DNA from: Mesorhizobium sp. 1B3
Lineage (GTDB): Bacteria; Pseudomonadota; Alphaproteobacteria; Rhizobiales; Rhizobiaceae
Assembly: GCF_050958605.1 (NCBI RefSeq)
Contig: NZ_JBJHDO010000009.1
Span: 266,770-290,769 of the forward strand
Direction of reading: 5' to 3'
Length of the DNA stretch: 24,000 nucleotides
The notes below the pieces were generated by a model. It searched no databases. It had not been told where the DNA came from and saw nothing but the letters and a program-made list of their open reading frames with translations. Of this stretch, positions 17,154 to 24,000 are shown one piece after another. Position 1 is the first letter of the stretch; each line of letters opens with the position of its first letter. Position numbers and translations under genes: made by a program.

Positions 17154-17190
17154 CGGTCTTCTCTCCGCAGGCGGGGAGAAGACCGCTTTC
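17154..17190 (+). terminator. Terminator-like hairpin downstream of aguB-like gene
   Basis: A 10-bp perfect stem cggtcttctc / gagaagaccg (extendable to 13 bp with one G-U pair), 6-nt loop, followed by a weak CTTTC tract. Confidence 0.45.
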
Positions 17191-17329
17191 ATCTCCACTT
17201 TCGCCAATCGACTGCCATTGGCGACCGGCGACATCCAAGTGGCCGTCGTCTCTCTCCCCGTTTTACTCGCAGTGCCAAAGCGCCGCTTCGGTGGTCGATC
17301 GGTCGCTGCGCCCGAGTCAAGAGAGTGGT

Positions 17330-17357
17330 TTGACAAGGTTCTACTCGCGAGTATATT
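17330..17357 (+). promoter_or_regulatory. Sigma-70-like promoter (TTGACA-16 nt-TATATT) with an embedded perfect 12-bp palindrome TACTCGCGAGTA (17342-17353), candidate TetR operator
   Basis: The -35 TTGACA is at 17330-17335 and the -10 TATATT at 17352-17357. The palindrome fills the spacer and overlaps the -10. The site lies about 55 nt upstream of the TetR gene ATG. Confidence 0.5.
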
Positions 17358-17411
17358 ACCTACCGATAAGGTTTGAGGCGCCGCCGGCTGGCTGCGCCGG
17401 GGAGGAAACAG

Positions 17412-18056
17412 ATGGCGGACGTCGCGGGACCGTCGCCATGGCCGAATTCCGAAGAGCGCGCGCGCCAGCGCGACGAAAAGCGCGAGGCTCTGCTGCATGC
17501 TGCGGTGCGGTCGTTCAACGAACGCGGCTTTCATGCCACCTCGCTCGACGAAGTGGCCGCCTCGTTGAATGTGTCGAAGCCGACGATTTACTACTACCTC
17601 GGCAACAAGGACGAGATCCTGTTCGAGTGCGTCCGGCGCGGGCTCGACAGTATCCGCCAGGCCGCACAGGCGGTCGAGCGCGCCGGCGGCACGGGCATGG
17701 AACGGCTGCGCGCGCTGATGCTTGACTACGCCGTCATCATGACCAGGGATTTCGGTATGTGTGTCACACGCACGGCCGACCACGAGCTTTCGGGCGACAG
17801 TCGCGCCAAGTTCCGAGCTCTGAAGCGCGAAATCGACGCAACGGTACGCCGGGTGGTCGAGGATGGCATGGCGGATGGAACGATTGCTGCTGGCGACGCC
17901 CGCATGACGACGTTCGCTGTGACGGGGGCCCTCAACTGGATCGCTCGCTGGTACGAACCGGACGGCCCGATGACGTCACAGGCCGTGGCGGATGCCTGCG
18001 TCGACACGCTCATCAACGGTCTCGCGCCACGGAACATGCCCGGAAAGGAGAGCTGA
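17412..18056 (+). CDS. TetR/AcrR family transcriptional regulator
   Basis: 214 aa from ATG 17412 (RBS GGAGGA 17401-17406). The N-terminal HTH block is REALLHAAVRSFNERGFHATSLDEVAASLNVSKPTIYYYLGNKDEILFEC. Confidence 0.85.
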   Translation: MADVAGPSPWPNSEERARQRDEKREALLHAAVRSFNERGFHATSLDEVAASLNVSKPTIYYYLGNKDEILFECVRRGLDSIRQAAQAVERAGGTGMERLRALMLDYAVIMTRDFGMCVTRTADHELSGDSRAKFRALKREIDATVRRVVEDGMADGTIAAGDARMTTFAVTGALNWIARWYEPDGPMTSQAVADACVDTLINGLAPRNMPGKES

Positions 18057-19018
18057 TGCCATTGCCCGACAGCCTTGCGGCGCGGTTGAAACTGCCCGCG
18101 ATCGCCGCGCCGATGTTCCTGACTTCGGGGCCAGACCTCGTTGTCGAGGTCTGCCGCTCGGGCCTCATAGGTACGTTTCCGGCGCTTAATCAGCGCACCA
18201 CCGCCGGCTTCGTCGAATGGCTGGAAGAGATCGAGGCGCGGCTCGGCGCGCACCCTGCCGCCGCGCCCTTCGGCGTCAACCTGATCGTGCATCGGTCCAA
18301 CCCGCGTCTGGAAGCGGATCTCGAACAGGTCGTGCGCCATCGGGTACCGCTCGTCATCACCTCGCTCGGCGCGGCCGGCGATATCGTGGATGCGGTTCAC
18401 TCCTATGGCGGACTCGTCTTCCATGACGTGATAAACCGCCGCCACGCGGAGAAGGCCGCCGAAGCAGGCGTGGACGGCATTATCGCTGTCTGCGCCGGGG
18501 CCGGCGGCCATGCCGGGACGCTCAGCCCATTCGCGCTGATCGACGAAATCCGCTCCTTCTTCGCCGGTACCGTGGTGCTCTCGGGCGCCATCACCACCGG
18601 CCGTCACATCGCCGCCGCCCGGATGATGGGCGCGGACATGGCCTATCTGGGCACGCGCTTCATCGCCACGCGCGAGGCGTTGGTCGGCGACGACTACAAG
18701 AAGATGATCGTGGCGGCCAATGCGGCGGATATCGTCTATACGCCGAACATTTCCGGCGTCCACGCCAATTTCCTGCGGCCAAGCATCGTCGCGGCAGGCC
18801 TCGACCCGGACAATCTCCCGGCGCACATCGAACTCGACATGCAGAACGAGGCCAAGGCGTGGAAGACCGTATGGTCGGCCGGCCAGGGCATCGGCTCGAT
18901 CCGGGACATCCCGGCAGCCGCGCATCTGTGTAACGCCCTGATCGACGAGTATCACGAGGCGATCGGGCGCCTGGGCGCCGAGCCGGCCATCGGCGGCACG
19001 GCACAGGCGGCGGAGTAG
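18056..19018 (+). CDS. Nitronate monooxygenase / 2-nitropropane dioxygenase-like FMN enzyme (NMO family; family also includes FabK-type enoyl reductases)
   Basis: 320 aa from ATG 18056 (TGATG overlap with the TetR stop). Blocks: IAAPMFLTSGPDLVVEVCRSGLIGTFPA, GVNLIVH, GVDGIIAVCAGAGGHAG, AYLGTRFIAT. Confidence 0.8.
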   Translation: MPLPDSLAARLKLPAIAAPMFLTSGPDLVVEVCRSGLIGTFPALNQRTTAGFVEWLEEIEARLGAHPAAAPFGVNLIVHRSNPRLEADLEQVVRHRVPLVITSLGAAGDIVDAVHSYGGLVFHDVINRRHAEKAAEAGVDGIIAVCAGAGGHAGTLSPFALIDEIRSFFAGTVVLSGAITTGRHIAAARMMGADMAYLGTRFIATREALVGDDYKKMIVAANAADIVYTPNISGVHANFLRPSIVAAGLDPDNLPAHIELDMQNEAKAWKTVWSAGQGIGSIRDIPAAAHLCNALIDEYHEAIGRLGAEPAIGGTAQAAE

Positions 19019-19022
19019 TGTC

Positions 19023-19814
19023 ATGAGTGAGCAGGAACCAGCCGTCCGCTTCCGCGTCGCCGACGGCGTCGCCGAGATCAGGTTCAACCGGCCGGCGCGC
19101 CTCAACGCACTGGATGTCGAAACTGCATGCGGCTTCGAGGCCGCCGCCGATCGGGCCCTCGACGACCCGTCGGTGCGCGTAATTGTCGTCTCGGCCGAAG
19201 GTCGCGGTTTCGTCGCGGGCGGCGACCTCCAGCATTTCCACCGCTCCCAGGACAGAGCCGCGGCCGCGGCCGAGCTGATCGGGCCGATGCACCGCGCGCT
19301 TGCCCGGCTGGCGAAGGCGCCCGTGATCACGCTCGGCAGCCTCAAGGGCGCGGTCGCCGGCGCCGGTATGTCCATCGCGCTTAATCTCGATCTCGCGATC
19401 GCGGCGGAGGACACGGTGTTCAACCTTGCATATTCGCGCATCGGCGCGCCGCCGGATTGCGGCGCGTCTTTTGCGTTGCCGCGGCTGGTCGGTCTGCGCC
19501 GCGCGCTCGAGATCGCACTGTTGTCCGACGACATCGATGCGCTTCAGGCGCTGGCGCTCGGCATCGTCAATCGCGTCGTGCCCGTGGCCGACCTGGAATC
19601 CGAGACGACAAGGCTCGCGGCGAGGCTGGCCGCAGGCGCGCCTGCGGCACAGGGGCGCATCAAGGCTCTGATGCGCGAATCGCTCGCGCGCGACCTGCCT
19701 TGGCAGCTCGACGCGGAGGCGGCAGCCTTCGCAGAATGCGCTTCAACCGAGGATTTTTCGGGTGCCGTCGCGGCCTTTCTGGAAAAGCGCAAGCCGCAGT
19801 TCAACGGACGTTGA
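19023..19814 (+). CDS. Enoyl-CoA hydratase/isomerase (crotonase family)
   Basis: 263 aa. Blocks: VAEIRFNRPARLNALD, FVAGGDL, GAVAGAGMSIALNLDL, FLEKRKPQF. Confidence 0.85.
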   Translation: MSEQEPAVRFRVADGVAEIRFNRPARLNALDVETACGFEAAADRALDDPSVRVIVVSAEGRGFVAGGDLQHFHRSQDRAAAAAELIGPMHRALARLAKAPVITLGSLKGAVAGAGMSIALNLDLAIAAEDTVFNLAYSRIGAPPDCGASFALPRLVGLRRALEIALLSDDIDALQALALGIVNRVVPVADLESETTRLAARLAAGAPAAQGRIKALMRESLARDLPWQLDAEAAAFAECASTEDFSGAVAAFLEKRKPQFNGR

Positions 19815-19875
19815 TCGCGATCAATTTCGGCCACACGTGCGTCGCGGCGCGTGGGCTCGCCACCATGGAGACAAC

Positions 19876-22212
19876 ATGACCTCAATTCCCTTACAGTCGC
19901 GCGCCGTCGGCGTGGACGCAACCGGCATTCGTCTCGCCGCCGTCATCGGCGCGGGTTCCATGGGGGGCGGGATCGCGGCCCAGTTCGCCAATGCCGGCGT
20001 GCCCGTGATCCTGCTCGACGTGGCGGGCGCGGACGCATCCTCGCGAAACGCGGCTGCCGTCGCCGGCATCGACCGGCAGCTCAAGACAGGCGGCTTCATG
20101 GACGCGGAAGCCGCGCGGCTCGTCCGTGCCGGCAATGTCGAGGACGACATCGGCCTTCTCGCTGAAGCCGACTGGATCGTCGAAGCCGTCATCGAGGATC
20201 TGGAAGCCAAGCGTGTGCTCTATCGCAAGATCGCCGCGGTCCGAAAACAGGGAGCGATCGTCTCCTCCAACACGTCGACCATTCCCCGCGCCGCCCTCGC
20301 GGACGGAATGGAAGAGAATCTGGCGTCGCATTTCCTCATCACGCACTTCTTCAACCCGCCGCGCGTCATGAACCTCGTCGAGATCGTGGCGGCGGAAGAG
20401 AACGCGTCCGAAACGATAGCCCGCGTGAAGGCGGCGTGCGAGACGGTGCTTGGCAAGACGGTGGTCGACTGCTTCGACACGCCGGGCTTCATCGCCAACC
20501 GCATCGGCTGTTACTGGCTGGCGGCAGCGGCGCTGGAAGCCAGGCGAGGGGGCCTCACCGTCGAGGAGGCCGACGCCGTCAACACGGCTTTCGGCGTGCC
20601 GCGCACGGGTGCATTCGGCCTGCTCGACCTGATCGGCATCGACCTTATCCCCCATGTGTGGGGTAGCCTGATGAGAACCCTGCCGGCAACGGACGCGATC
20701 CAGGCGCACGACTTGCCCGGTGACGGACTCGTGCGGGACCTGATGGCGGCCGGCCGCTTCGGGCGCAAGGCCGGCGCTGGCTTCTATCGGCGTGGTGAGG
20801 GCGGCGCGCGCGAGGCGATGGATCTCAGCGGTGGCGACTACCGGCCGGAGGCCCCGGTCAAGCAGACCGCCTTGCCGGGAGGGGGACGCGATCTTGCCGC
20901 CCTCCTCGAAGCCGAGGGTCCGATTGGAGCCTATGCGTGGACGGTGTTCTCGTCCGTCCTGCTCTACACGGCCAGGCATGCTCCGGAGATCGCCGCCGAT
21001 GTCGCCGCGATCGATACGGCTATGGAACTCGGCTATGCGTGGAAGCGTGGGCCGTTCCGCCTCGCCGACGCCTACGGCGCAGCGCGGGTCGTCGCAAGGC
21101 TCGAAGCGGACGAAAGGGTTGCGCCCGACCTGCTGCGTGCCGCCGCCGCAGCGGGCGGCTTCTACGACGTGCAGGGCCGTCCGCTCGCAAGCTCCGGCGA
21201 GCGCCTTGCGGCACCGGCGGCGGGTGGCTCCGCACTTGCCGCCGTCAAGGCCGGATCAAACCCGATCTTCACCAACGCAGCGGCATCGGTCTGGGATCTC
21301 GGGGACGGCGTCGCATGCCTGGAGCTGCACACCAAGATGAACAGCTTCGCGCCGGCGGTCTTCGACGTGCTGGAAAAGGCGGTCGAGCAGGGGGGGAAAG
21401 CCTTTCGCGCCCTCGTCCTCGGCAACGACGATCCGCGCGCCTTTTCCGTCGGGGCCGATCTCGGCTTCTTTGCCGAGATGATCGGCAGCGAGCAATGGCA
21501 GGCGATCGACACTTATCTCGCGCGCGGGCAGGAATTGTTCCTGCGCCTGAAATACGCGCCGTTCCCAGTCGTCGCGGCGGCGCACGGCTTCGCACTGGGC
21601 GGTGGCTGCGAGTTCATGCTGCATGCCGACGCGATCGTCGCCCACGCCGAGCTCAAGGCCGGGCTGCCGGAGATGAAGGTCGGCCTGGTCCCGGCCTGGG
21701 GCGGCTGCACCCAGCTGCTCCTGCGGGCGCAGGCCGCATCCGGCGAACCCTCTGCCGCGGCTCAAAGGGTCTTCGACACGATCTTCGCGGGCACGCCGAC
21801 CGGCTCCGCGCTCGAAGCGCGTGCGCTTGGCTTGCTGCGGCCGTCGGACGGCATCGTCATGAACCGTGGCCAATTGATCGCGGCCGCGAAGGAACGCGCG
21901 GCAGCGCTGGCCAAGGCGGGCTACGAAGCGCCGGCGCGCGCGACGATCGCCCTCGGTGGGCCCGACGTCCGAGCGGTGCTGACGGGAGCGGTGGAGCAGG
22001 GCAAGGCCGCCGGCCGGATGACGGATACGGACGTCGCGATGGCTGAGATCCTTGCATGGGTGTTGACCGGTGGCGCCGAAACGCGGCCACAGGCGACGGA
22101 GGAGGAACTGATGCGGCTCGAGCGCGAGGCGCTCACGCGGCTCGTCCGGACACCGGCCACGCTGGCGCGCATCGACCACATGCTGAAGACCGGCAAGCCG
22201 CTGCGAAACTGA
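19876..22212 (+). CDS. Bifunctional 3-hydroxyacyl-CoA dehydrogenase (N-terminal) / enoyl-CoA hydratase (C-terminal) fusion protein
   Basis: 778 aa from ATG 19876 (GGAGA upstream). N-terminal Rossmann motif AVIGAGSMGGGIAAQFA and blocks SNTSTI..., HFFNPPRVMNLVEIV, DTPGFIANR. The C-terminal crotonase blocks are FSVGADL, ALGGGCEFMLH and GLPEMKVGLVPAWGG. Confidence 0.85.
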   Translation: MTSIPLQSRAVGVDATGIRLAAVIGAGSMGGGIAAQFANAGVPVILLDVAGADASSRNAAAVAGIDRQLKTGGFMDAEAARLVRAGNVEDDIGLLAEADWIVEAVIEDLEAKRVLYRKIAAVRKQGAIVSSNTSTIPRAALADGMEENLASHFLITHFFNPPRVMNLVEIVAAEENASETIARVKAACETVLGKTVVDCFDTPGFIANRIGCYWLAAAALEARRGGLTVEEADAVNTAFGVPRTGAFGLLDLIGIDLIPHVWGSLMRTLPATDAIQAHDLPGDGLVRDLMAAGRFGRKAGAGFYRRGEGGAREAMDLSGGDYRPEAPVKQTALPGGGRDLAALLEAEGPIGAYAWTVFSSVLLYTARHAPEIAADVAAIDTAMELGYAWKRGPFRLADAYGAARVVARLEADERVAPDLLRAAAAAGGFYDVQGRPLASSGERLAAPAAGGSALAAVKAGSNPIFTNAAASVWDLGDGVACLELHTKMNSFAPAVFDVLEKAVEQGGKAFRALVLGNDDPRAFSVGADLGFFAEMIGSEQWQAIDTYLARGQELFLRLKYAPFPVVAAAHGFALGGGCEFMLHADAIVAHAELKAGLPEMKVGLVPAWGGCTQLLLRAQAASGEPSAAAQRVFDTIFAGTPTGSALEARALGLLRPSDGIVMNRGQLIAAAKERAAALAKAGYEAPARATIALGGPDVRAVLTGAVEQGKAAGRMTDTDVAMAEILAWVLTGGAETRPQATEEELMRLEREALTRLVRTPATLARIDHMLKTGKPLRN

Positions 22213-22221
22213 TGTCAGGAA

Positions 22222-22305
22222 ATCAGCCCCTGCGTGAATGCATGTCGCCCAAAAGTGTGCAGCGGTTTTGGGGCAAACGACATGCTAGAATATGCAGGGG
22301 CTGAT
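22222..22305. repeat. 84-nt compound palindromic intergenic element between convergent genes
   Basis: Outer perfect 12-bp inverted repeat: atcagcccctgc (22222-22233) / gcaggggctgat (22294-22305). Inner arms: catgtcg+cccaaaa (22241-22254) pair with ttttggg (22266-22272) and cgacatg (22278-22284). Confidence 0.5.
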
Positions 22306-22322
22306 ACGGTGTAGGAACCGCT

Positions 22323-23573
22323 TCAGCGGCGATAGGTGAAATGCTCGAGATTGCGCGGTCCGGCCGCCTTCGCCGCCTTCAGTTCTTCCCGCGCTATACC
22401 GCGCAGATGCACCTCGTCGGGTCCATCGATGAAGCGAAGCGCCCTGCCCCAGGTCCACAGATAGGACAGCGGGGTGTCGGGCGTGAGGCCCGCCGCCCCG
22501 AACACCTGGATCGCGCGGTCGAGCACCTCGTTCTGAAGCTTCGCCGCCACCACCTTGATCGCGGAGACAGCGGTGCGCGCAGCCTTGTTGCCTTGCGTGT
22601 CCATGAGCCACGCGGCATGAAGCACGAGGAGGCGCGCCTGGTCGATCTCGATCCGCGACCTGGCGATCCAATCCTGGATGTTGGCGTAGTCGGCGATTTT
22701 CTGGCCGAATGTGGTGCGTGACAACGCCCTGTCACACATCAGCTCCAGCGCCAGCTCGCACTGGCCGATGGTGCGCATGCAATGGTGGACGCGGCCCGGC
22801 CCGAGGCGCGCCTGCGCGATGGCGAAGCCTTGCCCCTCATCGCCGACCAGATTCTCCACCGGCACGCGCACGTCGCGGAACACGACCTCGCAATGGCCCT
22901 CGGGCGAGTGATGATGCATGATCGGGACGTCGCGCACCACCTCGAAGCCAGGGGTGTCCTTGGGCACGATCACGAATGAATGACGCGAATGACGGGGTGC
23001 GCTTTCGTCCGGATTCGATACGCCGAGCACCAAAGCGAAGGCGAGATTGGGATGCAGCGCGCCGGTCGAGAACCATTTGCGTCCGTTGATGACGAAGTGG
23101 TCGCCGTCGCGCGCAATTGTCGTCTGGAGGTTGGTTGGATCTGACGAGGCCGTGTCCGGCTCGGTGATGCAGACGATGGAACGCGCCGCCCCTTCCAGCA
23201 GCGGCGTCAGCCACCGGCTCTTCTGCTCGGGCGTGGCGAAGAGGTGCAGCACCTCCATGTTGCCGGTGTCGGGCGCGGAGCAGTTGAAGACCTCCGAAGC
23301 CCAGAAATACCGCCCCATGATCTCGGCCAAAGGCGCATATTCCAGATTGGTGAGCCGCGTGCCTGGCTCGTCATCGCGAAGGGCGGGCAGGAACAGGTTC
23401 CACAGTCCTTCCTGATAGGCCTTGGCCTTCAGCTGGCCGACCAGGTCCGTTGGGTAGCGCTGCTCCGCCACCTGCCGGTGCCATTCGTGGTTGTTAGGGG
23501 CGATCTCGCGATCGACGAAATCCTTGAGCTGCGCGCGCAGCGCTTCCACCTTTGGCGAATACTGGAAATCCAT
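22323..23573 (-). CDS. Acyl-CoA dehydrogenase family protein
   Basis: 416 aa. The N-terminus MDFQYSPKVEALRAQLKDFVDREI..., ...ITEPDTASSD..., ...KWFSTGA... and a C-terminal helical domain are typical of FadE/ACAD10-11-like ACADs. A strong RBS GGGAGAG lies 5 nt upstream of the ATG. Confidence 0.9.
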   Translation of the reverse strand: MDFQYSPKVEALRAQLKDFVDREIAPNNHEWHRQVAEQRYPTDLVGQLKAKAYQEGLWNLFLPALRDDEPGTRLTNLEYAPLAEIMGRYFWASEVFNCSAPDTGNMEVLHLFATPEQKSRWLTPLLEGAARSIVCITEPDTASSDPTNLQTTIARDGDHFVINGRKWFSTGALHPNLAFALVLGVSNPDESAPRHSRHSFVIVPKDTPGFEVVRDVPIMHHHSPEGHCEVVFRDVRVPVENLVGDEGQGFAIAQARLGPGRVHHCMRTIGQCELALELMCDRALSRTTFGQKIADYANIQDWIARSRIEIDQARLLVLHAAWLMDTQGNKAARTAVSAIKVVAAKLQNEVLDRAIQVFGAAGLTPDTPLSYLWTWGRALRFIDGPDEVHLRGIAREELKAAKAAGPRNLEHFTYRR

Positions 23574-23684
23574 TTCACTCTCCCTTCGTCAATCGTCTGC
23601 GCCCCACCCGGCGAACCCCGCCCGCAGTGCAAGGGAGGAGCAGGAGCACAGGAGCATCGGGCTGGCCGACCTCTTAGGCCCTTA

Positions 23685-23711
23685 ATTATCCGTCTGTCCG
23701 ACAATTGGACA
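23685..23711. promoter_or_regulatory. Candidate operator site A: ATTATCCGTCTGTCCGACAATTGGACA (contains palindromes TGTC-C-GACA and TGTCC-N7-GGACA)
   Basis: It lies in the divergent ACAD / quinone-oxidoreductase intergenic region. The core ctgtccgacaa (23694-23704) is the exact reverse complement of ttgtcggacag at 23834-23844. Confidence 0.35.
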
Positions 23712-23800
23712 TCTGTAGGCGAACGTCGAGTGCTGTCAACCAAGGAATTTCGGTTCGGCTTGGCATCCGGCGCAGCCGCTTAGCGGAAACCTGATCCGTG

Positions 23801-23844
23801 TTGACGGCGGCAAGCATTCGCCCGATTATCGGTTTGTCGGACAG
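23801..23844 (+). promoter_or_regulatory. Candidate promoter (TTGACG-17 nt-GATTAT) with overlapping operator site B ATTATCGGTTTGTCGGACAG
   Basis: The -35 is at 23801-23806 and the -10 at 23824-23829. Site B (23825-23844) overlaps the -10/+1 region. It matches site A at 15 of 19 positions as a direct repeat and contains an exact 11-bp inverted copy of the site A core. Confidence 0.35.
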
Positions 23845-23863
23845 GAAATGAGAGGAGCCCTTG

Positions 23864-24000
23864 ATGCAGCACTCAATGCGATCCGCCCTGAGCACGAGTC
23901 CAGGTGGCCCGGACACTCTGAAGCTTGGCTCGGTTCCGCGGCCCGAGCCCTCGGGCTCGCAGGTACGCATCCGAGTCCACGCCGTCGGCGTCAACTATCC
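23864..24000 (+). CDS. NADPH:quinone oxidoreductase / zinc-type alcohol dehydrogenase-like (MDR family), N-terminal fragment; continues beyond the window
   Basis: Not in the ORF track because it has no stop. RBS AGGAG at 23853-23857, ATG at 23864. The translation MQHSMRSALSTSPGGPDTLKLGSVPRPEPSGSQVRIRVHAVGVNY matches the typical Qor N-terminus pattern (...G.P..L.L...P.P.PG.G.V.VRV.A.GVN..D). Confidence 0.7.
   Translation, partial: MQHSMRSALSTSPGGPDTLKLGSVPRPEPSGSQVRIRVHAVGVNY

Noticed and set aside
1-24000. Scan for tRNA, rRNA, CRISPR arrays or long tandem repeats.
   Set aside because: No cloverleaf-like conserved tRNA arms (for example the GGTTCGAATCC type), no rRNA-like segments and no regularly spaced direct repeats were seen by eye. 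Absence cannot be proven without tRNAscan, Infernal or CRISPR tools.

Overview
High-GC alphaproteobacterial chromosome segment, most consistent with Rhizobiales/Hyphomicrobiales (Omp2/RopA-type porins, gene content). All family assignments are motif recognition by eye; no database search was run.

Layout:
1. End of a nag operon: a SIS-domain gene fragment plus nagA.
2. An ~830 bp gene-poor, partly AT-rich spacer.
3. Three tandem, same-strand paralogous Omp2b/RopA-family porin genes.
4. A ~2.85 kb accessory islet (about 6.4-9.25 kb). It holds a decayed HNH endonuclease gene, a strikingly low-GC orphan gene with a zinc-deaminase HAE...PCxxC signature, and an IS5-superfamily transposase gene interrupted by an in-frame TAG.
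5. A polyamine-type locus. On the minus strand: a PotD/F-like binding protein, two permeases, an ATPase and a YtcJ-like amidohydrolase. Divergent from these: an acetylpolyamine-amidohydrolase-like (HDAC-fold) gene and an N-carbamoylputrescine-amidase-like gene.
6. A TetR-headed acyl-CoA cluster (nitronate-monooxygenase-like, enoyl-CoA hydratase, dehydrogenase/hydratase fusion), a convergent acyl-CoA dehydrogenase, and the 5' end of a quinone-oxidoreductase-like gene.

No rRNA, tRNA or CRISPR array was seen. The item most worth a second look is the orphan deaminase-like gene and its degraded mobile neighbourhood.
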